Part shown: one piece after another, positions 19,519-30,030 of the stretch | Layout: every line of letters begins with the position of its first letter | Numbering within the stretch: the first letter of the stretch is position 1 | Source: an uncultured Bacilli bacterium | Lineage (GTDB): Bacteria > Bacillota_I > Bacilli_A > RF39 > UBA660 | Assembly: GCA_934089255.1 (NCBI GenBank) | Contig: CAKOJI010000002.1 | Location: 606 to 64,605 of the forward strand | DNA length: 64,000 bases | Direction of reading: 5' to 3' | Notes under the pieces: generated by a model | Told to the model about the DNA's origin: nothing | Databases searched by the model: none | What the model saw: only the letters and a program-made list of their open reading frames with translations | Program-made: the position numbers and the translations under genes

Positions 19519-19765
19519 AATAAACGCTATGTGGTGTCCAGGATGCTTAATATCAAAAAGCATATGGAATGAAATAGAAAAAACTTATCCAAATAATGAA
19601 TATATAAATTTAGATTACGATATGGACGATGAAATAGCAGAAAAATATAATGTAGGGGACATTTTACCCGTGGTAATAGTAGAAAAAGACAATAAAGAAA
19701 TAAAAAGAATAATAGGAGAAAAAACAAAAAAAGAAATATTAGAAGAATTGAGTGATATATTATGA
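19505..19765 (+). CDS. Small thioredoxin-like protein
   Basis: 86 aa, WCPGC active-site motif near the N-terminus; overlaps the desulfurase stop. Confidence 0.75.
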   Translation: MKIIKINAMWCPGCLISKSIWNEIEKTYPNNEYINLDYDMDDEIAEKYNVGDILPVVIVEKDNKEIKRIIGEKTKKEILEELSDIL

Positions 19766-20943
19766 AAAAAATATTAGTACTTATTATATCATTATTTTTC
19801 TTTATACCAATAAGTGTAATGGCACTTAACAAAGATTATGAAGACGTAACTGCAAATATAGTAAATGAAAAAATAGAAGAAAACAAAATAAACATTTATC
19901 TATTTTATAGTTATACGTGTCCACATTGCCACGATGAAATAGAATATTTTAAAGAATTAGAAAAAAAATATGAAAATAAAATAAATATATATAAATATGA
20001 AGTATTAAAAAATAAAGATAATGCAGTGTTAATGAAAACAACAAAAAATTTATTTGATGTATCATCTACAGGTGTACCATTTACAGTAATAGGAAAAGAA
20101 TACATATTAGGTTTTAGTGAAACAACCAAAGACCAAATAGATTATATACTAGACAACTATTTAAAAGAAGAAAATAACATCAAAAACGAAACACAAGAAA
20201 GAACAATCCCAATACTAGGCAAAATTGATGTAAAAAAAACAAGTCTTACTCTAGTAGGTATAATACTAGGTTTTATAGATGGATTTAACCCTTGCGCTAT
20301 GTGGATTTTACTACTTTTAATTAATATGACAATAAGTATTAATGATAGAAAAAAAATGATAACTATCGGTTTAACATTTATTATAACAAGTGGAATAATA
20401 TACTTTTTAAGTATGTTAGGAATAAGTGTAATACTAGACTTAACAATGGTTACCCTAGTAAGAGACTTAATCGCTTTAGTTGCAATTATCTTAGGAATTT
20501 ACAACTTATACATTTACATAAAAACTAGAAAAGATACTGGATGTCACGTAGTTGATAAAGAAAAAAGAAAAGGCATAATAAAAAAAATAAACGATATCCT
20601 ATCAAAAAAATCATCACTTTTAATGATACTCGGAACAATCGTTTTAGCATCAAGTGTAAATCTAGTAGAATTAGCGTGTTCTTTAGGTTTTCCAACAATA
20701 TATTTAGAACTACTAAGTATAAATAATATCCACGGTTTAGCAAAAATACTTTATCTAATTATATATATATTCTTCTATTTAATAGATGATTTAATAATAT
20801 TTTTAATAGCAGTATTTACTCTAAAATCAAAAGGAATAAGTACTAGATACAACAAGTTAGTTAATTTAATTGGCGGAATATTAATGATTCTAATGGGATT
20901 ACTATTGATATTTAAACCAAATTGGATTATGCTAAATTTCTAG
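19762..20943 (+). CDS. Fusion of an exported thioredoxin-fold domain (CPHC) and a CcdA/DsbD-like multi-TM thiol-disulfide transporter domain
   Basis: Signal/TM, YSYTCPHCHDEIEYF, then six TM segments with GFIDGFNPCAMW (CcdA-type Cys in TM1) and a later ELACSLGFP. ATGA overlap with the upstream gene. Confidence 0.65.
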   Translation: MKKILVLIISLFFFIPISVMALNKDYEDVTANIVNEKIEENKINIYLFYSYTCPHCHDEIEYFKELEKKYENKINIYKYEVLKNKDNAVLMKTTKNLFDVSSTGVPFTVIGKEYILGFSETTKDQIDYILDNYLKEENNIKNETQERTIPILGKIDVKKTSLTLVGIILGFIDGFNPCAMWILLLLINMTISINDRKKMITIGLTFIITSGIIYFLSMLGISVILDLTMVTLVRDLIALVAIILGIYNLYIYIKTRKDTGCHVVDKEKRKGIIKKINDILSKKSSLLMILGTIVLASSVNLVELACSLGFPTIYLELLSINNIHGLAKILYLIIYIFFYLIDDLIIFLIAVFTLKSKGISTRYNKLVNLIGGILMILMGLLLIFKPNWIMLNF

Positions 20944-20952
20944 GTGAAGTTT

Positions 20953-21768
20953 ATGTATAAAGAAATTGAAAGAAGTATAATTAAAAAATATAGAAAAGAA
21001 ATATGGGCAAAATTTATTTCTGCAATAAATGATTACAAATTAATAGAAGAAAACGATAAAATAATGGTCTGTATCTCAGGTGGTAAAGATTCATTTCTAC
21101 TAGCAAAACTAATACAAGAATTAATGCGTCACGGTAAAATAAAATTTAATGCATTATTTGTAGTAATGGATCCAGGTTATAAAAAAGAAACAATAGATAA
21201 AATAAAAGAAAATGCACAATTATTAAACGTTCCAATAGAAATATTTAAAACAGATATATTCGAGGTAGCTAATAAATTAAATAAAGAACATCCTTGTTAT
21301 ATGTGTGCAAGAATGAGAAGGGGATATTTATATAGTAAAGCACAAGAATTAAAATGTAACAAAATAGCACTTGGACACCACTTCGACGACGTAATAGAAA
21401 CAACATTACTTAATATGTTTTACGCTAGTGAAATAAAAACAATGATGCCTAAATTACATAGCGATAACTTTAAAGGTTTAGAACTAATTAGACCAATGTA
21501 CTTAATTAAAGAAATGGATATTATCTCTTGGGCTAAATATAACAACTTAACCTTTATAAATTGTGCTTGTTCATTTACCGAAAGAAAAATTAATGTAGGT
21601 AAAAGAAAAGAAATAAAAGAACTAATAAAAGAATTAAGAAAAACAAATAAAGATATCGACTATAATATATTTAAATCTATGTCAAATATAAATTTAGATG
21701 CAATTATTGGATATCATAGCGATAAAAAAAATTATTTCTTTTTAGATGATTATAATAGTAGTGAATAA
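20953..21768 (+). CDS. ttcA: PP-loop ATPase of the TtcA (tRNA 2-thiocytidine) family
   Basis: VCISGGKDS PP-loop, HPCYMCARMRRG and FINCACS cysteine motifs. Confidence 0.8.
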   Translation: MYKEIERSIIKKYRKEIWAKFISAINDYKLIEENDKIMVCISGGKDSFLLAKLIQELMRHGKIKFNALFVVMDPGYKKETIDKIKENAQLLNVPIEIFKTDIFEVANKLNKEHPCYMCARMRRGYLYSKAQELKCNKIALGHHFDDVIETTLLNMFYASEIKTMMPKLHSDNFKGLELIRPMYLIKEMDIISWAKYNNLTFINCACSFTERKINVGKRKEIKELIKELRKTNKDIDYNIFKSMSNINLDAIIGYHSDKKNYFFLDDYNSSE

Positions 21769-21812
21769 CTACTTTTATTATGTTATAATGTATTTATAAA
21801 AGTAGGTGACTT

Positions 21813-24131
21813 ATGAAAAAAGAAATAAAAGGGCTAACAAAAGAAGAAGTAAACGAAAGAATAAAAAACAATCAAATAAATTACTTAGATGAACCAAAAA
21901 CAAAAACCGTAAAAGAAATAATAAAAACAAACACATTCACATACTTTAATTTTTTAAATATTTTACTAGGTAGTTTAGTTATAATAAGTGGTTTAATATC
22001 AGGTAGAATATTATATTCTTTAAAAAACTCACTATTTGTTGGTGTAATATTTACTAATACAATTATAAGTATTGTAGAAGAAATATTAGCAAAAAAAACA
22101 ATAGATAAATTAAATGTAATTAATGATACACAAATAAAAGTATTAAGAGATGGACAAATTAAAAAAGTAAAAAGAGAAGAATTAGTATTAGATGACGTGT
22201 GTATATATAATATAGGAAATCAAGTAGTAACAGATTCAGTAGTTTTAGATGGAACAGTAGAAGTAAACGAATCCTTTATAACCGGAGAAGAAAAAGTAAT
22301 AACAAAAAAAATTAATGATGAATTAATAAGTGGCTCATTTATAATTAGTGGTAAATGTATTGTTAGAGTAAAACATATAGGAAAAGATAACTACATTTCA
22401 AAAATAAGTAGTGAAGCAAAATATATAAAAAAGACTAATAGTATAATATATAATTCATTTGATAAAATGTTAAAAGTACTAAGTATTTTACTAATCCCCA
22501 TAGGTGTCTTATTCTTTATAAATCAATTATTTATAACAAATAATGATATACCAAGTTCAATAATGAGTACCGTTAGTGCTTTAATTGGTATGATACCTGA
22601 AGGATTAGTACTATTAACTTCATCAGCAATGGCTGTAAGCGTAATAAGACTAAGAAGATTTAATGTATTAGTACAAGATTTATATTCTATAGAAAATTTA
22701 GCAAGAGTAGATGTTATATGTCTAGATAAAACTGGTACCATTACAGAAGGTATAATGGAAGTAAAAAACATTATTCCATATAAAAAAAATACTGTTGAAA
22801 ACATAAAAGAAATACTAGGAAATTATATAACTGCATTAGAAGACCCATCACCTACATTTAAATCAATAGAAAATTATGTAGAATCTAAAAAAGATTACGA
22901 AGTAATAGACACACTAAACTTTTCTAGTATAAGAAAATATAGTGGTGTAAAATTTAAAAACGGCACTTATTTCCTAGGAAGTCCAGAAAATCTTTCAAAT
23001 ATGGATTTTGAAATAATAAAAGAATATCAAAACGATTATAGAGTTTTACTACTAGCAAAAGGTAAAGAATTAAATAACATAGAAGATATAATACCTATAG
23101 GTTTTATATTAATTCAAGATAAAATTAAAGAAAACGCCTCTGTTACATTAGAATATTTTAAAAAACAAGGTGTAGATATAAAAATAATAAGTGGAGATAA
23201 TCCAAACACAGTATCTAAAATAGCATCTCGTGCTGGTATAGAAAATATAAAAAGTATAGATTTATCAAAAATAAATGAAGAAGAAATACCAAAAATAATT
23301 AAAGAATACAACGTATTAGGTAGAGTAAAACCAAGTCAAAAAAAATTAATAATAAATGCACTTAAAGATGATGGACACTTTGTTGCAATGACCGGTGATG
23401 GAGTTAATGATTGTCTAGCATTAAAAACAGCAGACTGTTCTATTGCAATGGCAAGTGGTAGTGAAGCAGCAAAAAACGTAAGTCAATTCGTTTTACTAGA
23501 TTCTAAAATAGATAATTTACCAAAAATTTTAAAAGAAGGAAGAAGAAGTATAAATAATATCGAAAGAAGTTCATCTTTATTATTAAGTAAGACAATATTT
23601 ACAATATTATTAATACTTGCTTGCGTTTACTTATCAACGGAATACTTCTTTATACCAATACATTTAACACTTATAACAATGTTTACCATTGGAATACCAT
23701 CATTTATTTTAGCACTAGAACCCAATAACGAATTAGTAAAAGGTAACTTTTTACTCAAAGTATTTATGAAAAGTATCCCTAGTGCATTAACAGTAGTATT
23801 TAATGTAATAATAATAAAATTATTCGAAATACATTTTAACTTAGATCCTGATCTTTGTAGTACATTAACTGTATTCTTAACAGCAACAACTGGTTTCATA
23901 TTTTTAAATAACATTTGTAAACCATATAATATTTTAAGAATATGTTTAATGGCTTTCCTATTTATTGGATTTGGTTACTGTGCAATATATCAGTATAGTT
24001 TCTTTAACATTAGTTACGTAAATAGAGATACAATACTTATATTTATAGTATTATTTATATGCAGTATGTATATTTTTGATAAACTAAAAGCATTAACAAG
24101 CTATATTTTAAAAAAAACTAATAACATATAA
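21813..24131 (+). CDS. Cation-translocating P-type ATPase (HAD-IC family)
   Basis: ICLDKTGTITEG phosphorylation site, MTGDGVNDCLALKTAD hinge, TGE-type actuator (ITGEEKV); ten TM layout. Confidence 0.9.
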   Translation: MKKEIKGLTKEEVNERIKNNQINYLDEPKTKTVKEIIKTNTFTYFNFLNILLGSLVIISGLISGRILYSLKNSLFVGVIFTNTIISIVEEILAKKTIDKLNVINDTQIKVLRDGQIKKVKREELVLDDVCIYNIGNQVVTDSVVLDGTVEVNESFITGEEKVITKKINDELISGSFIISGKCIVRVKHIGKDNYISKISSEAKYIKKTNSIIYNSFDKMLKVLSILLIPIGVLFFINQLFITNNDIPSSIMSTVSALIGMIPEGLVLLTSSAMAVSVIRLRRFNVLVQDLYSIENLARVDVICLDKTGTITEGIMEVKNIIPYKKNTVENIKEILGNYITALEDPSPTFKSIENYVESKKDYEVIDTLNFSSIRKYSGVKFKNGTYFLGSPENLSNMDFEIIKEYQNDYRVLLLAKGKELNNIEDIIPIGFILIQDKIKENASVTLEYFKKQGVDIKIISGDNPNTVSKIASRAGIENIKSIDLSKINEEEIPKIIKEYNVLGRVKPSQKKLIINALKDDGHFVAMTGDGVNDCLALKTADCSIAMASGSEAAKNVSQFVLLDSKIDNLPKILKEGRRSINNIERSSSLLLSKTIFTILLILACVYLSTEYFFIPIHLTLITMFTIGIPSFILALEPNNELVKGNFLLKVFMKSIPSALTVVFNVIIIKLFEIHFNLDPDLCSTLTVFLTATTGFIFLNNICKPYNILRICLMAFLFIGFGYCAIYQYSFFNISYVNRDTILIFIVLFICSMYIFDKLKALTSYILKKTNNI

Positions 24132-24142
24132 GGAGAAATGAA

Positions 24143-25201
24143 ATGAATATAGAAGAAATAAAACAAAGTATAATTATTGATAATGAAAATGAATTAAATA
24201 GAATACTAGAACAAATGATTAAAACTAATAAACAGAGTCCAGAATATTATGCTATGTCTAATAAAAAAAATATATTAGATAAAGAATTAAATAAATTAAA
24301 TACTCTAACAGAAGAAAATATAAATAAGTTTATGAATAAAACTGAACTATTAGATGATGACATACTTATTGTAAGAGAACATTTAAGTAATTACAAAACA
24401 AAAATGGAAGACATAAAAAAACATATTTTTAATGGTTTTACTATACCAAAATCTTTATTAGATAGAAAAGATAGATTAGAAGTAATAAAATTTAAGAGTG
24501 AAAGTGACATAGATTTAGGTATAAATATATTAGAAGAAAAAATTAGTGAATTCGAAACACACATAAATAGCTACTACGAAAAAATAAAATATTTTAGCTA
24601 TATAGATTATGTTTTATTTAAAAATAATTTAGAAAACAATAGATTAAATTTAAAAATTGATTTAGAAAAATTCAAAAACTTAGGTGTTGATAATATAATA
24701 GATAGATTAATGATTATGTATGATGAACTAAATACATTAAATAATAGTAAATTTAAAAACAAAATAAAGGATGAAAAAATAAAATTATTAGAAGATAGAA
24801 TAGAAAAATATTTAGGCTATATAATTAGAAATATAGAAAGCTATGTAATAAGAAGTTTCGAAATAGAAAATATATATTTAAATTTAGATATAGAAGAATC
24901 TTCAAAAGAAAATAAAAATTTTGATAAATATTATAAAGAAATATCAGAAAAGATAAAAGAAAAATATAATATTTACAAAAAAACATTAAAAGTATTAAAT
25001 ATGTTTAAAAATAATTATATAAAAGGAATAAAACTATCTTATGAAAAAAGTTTAATTAATTCTAATGTTAACTCATCAAATATAAAAAAATATACAAGTG
25101 AAGACTTTATGGATACACCATTAGATGAATTAGATAATAAAATAGCTTTTTCAAACCTAAAAAATAAAATATTACAAAAAGAAAAAATTAGAAAGATATA
25201 A
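24143..25201 (+). CDS. Hypothetical coiled-coil protein (352 aa)
   Basis: Strong RBS (aaggag). Heptad-rich Lys/Glu/Asn/Ile sequence; no catalytic motif seen. Confidence 0.5.
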   Translation: MNIEEIKQSIIIDNENELNRILEQMIKTNKQSPEYYAMSNKKNILDKELNKLNTLTEENINKFMNKTELLDDDILIVREHLSNYKTKMEDIKKHIFNGFTIPKSLLDRKDRLEVIKFKSESDIDLGINILEEKISEFETHINSYYEKIKYFSYIDYVLFKNNLENNRLNLKIDLEKFKNLGVDNIIDRLMIMYDELNTLNNSKFKNKIKDEKIKLLEDRIEKYLGYIIRNIESYVIRSFEIENIYLNLDIEESSKENKNFDKYYKEISEKIKEKYNIYKKTLKVLNMFKNNYIKGIKLSYEKSLINSNVNSSNIKKYTSEDFMDTPLDELDNKIAFSNLKNKILQKEKIRKI

Positions 25202-25204
25202 AAT

Positions 25205-25885
25205 ATGATACAAACTAAAAAAAATGGAGAATTAATAATAATTTCAGGTACAACGTGTGCAGGAAAAGGAACAATAATAAAAAAATTATTAGAAAGAAAT
25301 AATAATGTTACATTAGCAACCTCCTATACATCAAGACCCATACGTCCAAAAGAAATAAATGGAAAAGATTATTATTTCATATCTAGAAAAGAATTCGAAA
25401 ATAAAATAGAAAACGGAGATTTTTTAGAATATGCACGTGTAAGATACGGAGAATATTTTGGAACACCAAAAAAAGAAGTTATAGATTTACTAAATAGTGG
25501 AAAAGATGTAATATTAGAAATAGACGTAGTAGGTGCACAAATTATAAAAGAAAAATTTCCAAATACATTATTAATTTTTATATTAGCACCATCAATGGAA
25601 GAAGTAAAAAAACGTATACTAAATAGAAAAACAGAAAATCAAGAACAAATAATAGATAGATTTAAAACTGCATACAAAGAAATAAACGAAATAAATAAAT
25701 ACAATTATGTTGTAATAAATGATGACATAGAAAAATGTTTAGAAAAAGTAGAAGCAATATTAATATCAAATAAATGTAGAGTTGATAGAATAGAATCAAT
25801 GTATGTAGAAAACGAAGAAGAATTTATGCACGAATTATTAATGGATGAAGAATTTATAAATTTAAAAATAGATTATGGAGAATAG
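25205..25885 (+). CDS. gmk: Guanylate kinase-like protein
   Basis: SGTTCAGKGT P-loop, SYTSRPIRPKEINGKDYYFISRKEFE, GDFLEYARV..EYFGTPK: guanylate kinase signature. Extended acidic C-terminus. Confidence 0.75.
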   Translation: MIQTKKNGELIIISGTTCAGKGTIIKKLLERNNNVTLATSYTSRPIRPKEINGKDYYFISRKEFENKIENGDFLEYARVRYGEYFGTPKKEVIDLLNSGKDVILEIDVVGAQIIKEKFPNTLLIFILAPSMEEVKKRILNRKTENQEQIIDRFKTAYKEINEINKYNYVVINDDIEKCLEKVEAILISNKCRVDRIESMYVENEEEFMHELLMDEEFINLKIDYGE

Positions 25886-25886
25886 T

Positions 25887-26933
25887 ATGTTAGGATTAGC
25901 TTTAGAAGGTGGAGGAGCAAAAGGCTCTTATGAAATAGGTGCTTACATTGCTCTAAAAGAATTAGGTTTTAAATTTGATGCAGTAGCAGGTACATCTATT
26001 GGTTCACTTAATGCTGCATTAATTGTGCAAGATGATATGAAATTAGCAAAAAATTTATGGTTAAACGCTAATAGCGAAATAGTTGGAATAAATAAAGATT
26101 TAGTTAATTTAAATAAAAACTTCAAATTAACAAAAGATAGTCTAAAATTTTCTATAAATGAAATTACAAAAATAATAAAAAACAAAGGATTAGACACATC
26201 CAAATACACAAATATTATTGATACATATATAGATGAAACTAAAATTAGAAATAAAAAAACAAACTATGGTTTAGTGACTGTACGATTAAAAGATTTAAAA
26301 CCTTTAGAATTAACTATAAAAGAAATACCAAATGGAAAACTTGCAGAATATATAATGGCATCAAGTTACTTACCAGTATTTAAAATGAATAAAATAATAG
26401 ATGATTCTTATTATTTAGATGGTGGAGTAGCCAACAATTTACCAATTACTTTACTTGAAAAAATGGGATGTAACGAAATTGTGGCAATAAGAATTGATGG
26501 AGTAGGTACTAACAAAAAAAAGTTATTAACACAAACAAAAATAACAGAATTAAGTCCAACAAAAAAAACAGGCCCTGTTATTATGTTTGATAATAATGAT
26601 ATAAGAAATAATTTTTATATGGGATATTACGATACATTGTTACACTATAAAAAACTAGATGGATTTACATATTATTTTAAAAAGTTTAACTTTTATAATT
26701 ATTTAACAAGAAACACAAATAAAAATTTAATAAACCTAATAAAATTAAAATATAAAACACCAGATATAAAAGATACAATATTAAAAAGTATAGAAGAAAT
26801 ATTAGAACAAAACAAAATAGAATATTATAAAATATATAAAATTCCAAAAATAATACAATACATAAAAAAAAATAACTTAAAAAGTAAAAATAATTTAGTA
26901 ACAGAATTTGTATATTCTCTAAAATTTTTATAA
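25887..26933 (+). CDS. Patatin-like phospholipase
   Basis: MLGLALEGGGAKGSYEIG (oxyanion GGGxxG), GTSIGS (nucleophile GxSxG), YLDGGV (catalytic Asp). ATG 25887 has RBS ggaga N5. Confidence 0.85.
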   Translation: MLGLALEGGGAKGSYEIGAYIALKELGFKFDAVAGTSIGSLNAALIVQDDMKLAKNLWLNANSEIVGINKDLVNLNKNFKLTKDSLKFSINEITKIIKNKGLDTSKYTNIIDTYIDETKIRNKKTNYGLVTVRLKDLKPLELTIKEIPNGKLAEYIMASSYLPVFKMNKIIDDSYYLDGGVANNLPITLLEKMGCNEIVAIRIDGVGTNKKKLLTQTKITELSPTKKTGPVIMFDNNDIRNNFYMGYYDTLLHYKKLDGFTYYFKKFNFYNYLTRNTNKNLINLIKLKYKTPDIKDTILKSIEEILEQNKIEYYKIYKIPKIIQYIKKNNLKSKNNLVTEFVYSLKFL

Positions 26934-27000
26934 GTAAATTTATTCTTGAAAAATAAATAGAAAAAATATATAATAAACTAAGTTGAAAGAAGGCAATTTT

Positions 27001-27717
27001 ATGGGTAGAGCATATGAAGTAAGAAAAGCAAGCATACAAAAAACTGGTGCTGCAAAAGCAAAACTATATAGTACTTTCGCAAAAGAAATATATTTAGCTG
27101 CAAAAGGAAACCCTGAATTAGAAAGTAATATACACTTAAAAAGATTAGTAGAAAAAGCAAAAAAAAGTCAAGTTCCAAGCGATATAATAAATCGTGCCAT
27201 TGATAAAGCAAAAGGAGCAGGGCAAGATAACTACGAAACTGTTATTTATGAAGGATTTGGTCCAGGTGCAAGTACATTAATTATAAAAACATTAACTGAT
27301 AATGTTAATAGAACAGTAGGCTTCGTTAGAGCAGCATTTAATAAAGTTAATAAAAGTTTAGGAGTAACAAATAGCGTTAGTTATAACTATGACTATCTAG
27401 GTTTAATAGGATTTAAATACGATTCTGAAGAAGTTATATTTGAAAAACTTTTAGACGAAGGAATAGAAATAATAGATTTAGAAAAAGAAAACGATTTAGT
27501 ACTAATAACATGTAACCCAACAGATATTCACAAAATTAAAGATGTTTTAGAACAAATCGTACCTAATATAGATTATGAAATTGACGAAGTAGGAATGTAT
27601 GCAAAAGATAAAGTAAAACTTACTGGAGAAGATAAAGAGTTATTCTTAAGACTATACAATTTATTAGATGATATAGAAGATGTTACAGAAATATATCATA
27701 ATGTAGAACTTGATTAA
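27001..27717 (+). CDS. YebC/PmpR family DNA-binding regulator
   Basis: MGRAYEVRKASIQKTGAAKAKLYSTFAKEI...YEGFGPGASTLIIKTLTDNVNRT is the YebC family signature. Confidence 0.9.
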   Translation: MGRAYEVRKASIQKTGAAKAKLYSTFAKEIYLAAKGNPELESNIHLKRLVEKAKKSQVPSDIINRAIDKAKGAGQDNYETVIYEGFGPGASTLIIKTLTDNVNRTVGFVRAAFNKVNKSLGVTNSVSYNYDYLGLIGFKYDSEEVIFEKLLDEGIEIIDLEKENDLVLITCNPTDIHKIKDVLEQIVPNIDYEIDEVGMYAKDKVKLTGEDKELFLRLYNLLDDIEDVTEIYHNVELD

Positions 27718-27777
27718 GTTCTTTTTTCATATTAAATTCATAAATTTGATATAATATATTTAATGTTGAGGTGAATT

Positions 27778-28440
27778 ATGAAAGTATTAATAGTAGATGA
27801 CGAAATATTAATTAGAAATGTAATTAAAGAATATTTAAAAATAGAAAATTTTAAATATGATGAAGCAAGTGATGGACAAGAAGCAATCAACTTAGCAACA
27901 ACCAATAATTACGACTGTATTATTATGGATATTATGATGCCTAACTTAGATGGATATAGTGCTATAAAACAAATAAAAAAAGTAAGTGACGCTAAAATAA
28001 TTGTACTAAGCGCTAGAACAGAAGAATTTGACAAACTATCAGGATTTGATTTAGGTATTGACGACTACGTTACAAAACCATTTAGTCCAAAAGAACTTAT
28101 TGCAAGAATAAAAGCAGTATGTAAAAGGAATAAACAAGAAAATATTATATCTGTTGGAACTATAAAATTAAATGAATTATCAAGAACAGTAGAAATTGAT
28201 GGTAAACCAGTCGATTTAACACATACACAATTTGATTTATTAACACTATTTTTAAAAAATCAAGGAATAGTTTTTAAAAGAGAAATGATAATAGATAAAA
28301 TATGGGGATACGATTATATGGGAGAAGACAGAACTATAGATGCTCACATAAAATTACTTAGAAGTAAATTAGGAAAATATAAAGACAATATAAAAACAGT
28401 ACACGGAGTAGGTTATAAATTTGAATATAACGAAGAATAA
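27778..28440 (+). CDS. OmpR-family response regulator
   Basis: MKVLIVDDE, receiver Asp in IIMDIMMP, C-terminal winged helix (TIDAHIKLLRSKL..VHGVGYKF). Confidence 0.92.
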   Translation: MKVLIVDDEILIRNVIKEYLKIENFKYDEASDGQEAINLATTNNYDCIIMDIMMPNLDGYSAIKQIKKVSDAKIIVLSARTEEFDKLSGFDLGIDDYVTKPFSPKELIARIKAVCKRNKQENIISVGTIKLNELSRTVEIDGKPVDLTHTQFDLLTLFLKNQGIVFKREMIIDKIWGYDYMGEDRTIDAHIKLLRSKLGKYKDNIKTVHGVGYKFEYNEE

Positions 28441-29809
28441 AAATAGCATACAACATAGTACTCTAAAATGTTTAATAATATTTTCAATAATAATATTACT
28501 TTTAATGTATACAAGCCAAATACTCTTTTTAAAACTATTCTATGAAAGATACCAAATAAAAAATATAGAAAACGTAATAACAAAATTAACAAAAGAAACA
28601 TATACAAGTGAAGAACTAGAAAAACTAGCCTACAAAAATAATATCTGTATGGAATACATATATAATGATAACGTTTACCTATTTAACTCACTAAATAACA
28701 ATTGTTTATTAACTAATAAAAATACAAACATAACTACATTTATAAAAAACTTCATTTCTAACAATAAAACAAAAGAAATAATAAAATTAAATAATCCACT
28801 AAATAATTCAAAAAGTATATTATATAATTTAAAATTATCAGACAACGAATATATATTTATGAACACTGCCTTAGAAGATGTAAATAGTACAACAAGTATT
28901 CTAAGAGGACAATTAATTTACATAACATTAACTGTAATATTATTGTCAATAATAGTGTCAATATATCTATCTAAAACATTAAATAAACCGATAATTAATA
29001 TTACAAAAGAAGCAAAAAAATTAGCAAGTGGAAACAAAGAAATAAATATTCCAAAAAGTCATATTAAAGAAATAGATGATTTAAGAGAAGCAATATATTA
29101 TGCTAATAAAGAAATAAATAAAACAGATGAACTAAGACGTGATTTATTAGCAAACGTATCACACGATTTAAAAACACCACTAACAATGATAAAAGCCTAC
29201 GCTGAAATGATAAGAGATATAAATAAAAATGATGAAGAAAAAAGAATAGAAAATCTAAATATTATTATAGAAGAAACAGATAGATTAACTATATTAGTAA
29301 ATGATATATTAAACTTAAGTAAATTAGAAGCCAATAAAGAAACATTAGAAATAACAGAGTTTGACTTAACAGAACTAATAAAAAATATAGTAAGAAAATA
29401 CAATATCATAAAAGAAACGGAAAACTACAACTTCATATTAAATCTACCTGAAAAATCTTTAGTAAAAGGTGACATTAATAAAATTTCTCAAGTTATATAT
29501 AACTTAATTAACAACGCTATAAATTACACAGGTGACGATTTAAAAGTAATAATAGAAGTTATAGAAAAAAAGAAAACTTATCTTGTAAATATAACAGATA
29601 CTGGAAAAGGAATAAATGAAGACGAAATAAAAATAATATGGGATAAATATTATAAAAACGAAAAAAATCATAAAAGGAATAAAGTTGGAACGGGAGTAGG
29701 TTTATCAATTGTAAAAAACATATTAGATAAACATAAATTTAAATATGGGGTTAAAAGTGAAATAAATAAATATACAACCTTTTATTTTGAAATTGATAAA
29801 AATTCATAA
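28421..29809 (+). CDS. Sensor histidine kinase
   Basis: Two TM segments, HAMP-like linker, H-box ANVSHDLKTPLT, N/G boxes (NLINNAINYT, DTGKGI, GTGVGLSIV). TTG start overlapping the regulator gene. Confidence 0.9.
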   Translation: MNITKNKNSIQHSTLKCLIIFSIIILLLMYTSQILFLKLFYERYQIKNIENVITKLTKETYTSEELEKLAYKNNICMEYIYNDNVYLFNSLNNNCLLTNKNTNITTFIKNFISNNKTKEIIKLNNPLNNSKSILYNLKLSDNEYIFMNTALEDVNSTTSILRGQLIYITLTVILLSIIVSIYLSKTLNKPIINITKEAKKLASGNKEINIPKSHIKEIDDLREAIYYANKEINKTDELRRDLLANVSHDLKTPLTMIKAYAEMIRDINKNDEEKRIENLNIIIEETDRLTILVNDILNLSKLEANKETLEITEFDLTELIKNIVRKYNIIKETENYNFILNLPEKSLVKGDINKISQVIYNLINNAINYTGDDLKVIIEVIEKKKTYLVNITDTGKGINEDEIKIIWDKYYKNEKNHKRNKVGTGVGLSIVKNILDKHKFKYGVKSEINKYTTFYFEIDKNS

Positions 29810-29946
29810 AATATTCATATAAATTTATTATTCTTATTACAGAAAAAAGAAATTTTTTATTATTTTTACTAAACTTAACTTTACCTTATGTTAAAGAATC
29901 CTATACACTGAAAGTAAACTCACACTATTTTTTATTTCTTTTTTCT

Positions 29947-29977
29947 AAAAGTACAGTTAATAATTGTACTTTTTTTA
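29947..29977 (+). terminator. Intrinsic terminator about 140 nt after the kinase gene
   Basis: AAAAGTACA gttaataat TGTACTTTT plus a T-run. Confidence 0.65.
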
Positions 29978-30030
29978 TTGAAATTTTAAAAATTTTATGA
30001 TAACATTTTTATAGTAAAGGAAGATGTTAA

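Noticed and set aside
25887-26933. Patatin-like phospholipase as a CBASS effector
   Set aside because: There is no CD-NTase/cyclase, no SAVED/STING-type sensor domain on the protein and no ancillary Cap genes nearby.
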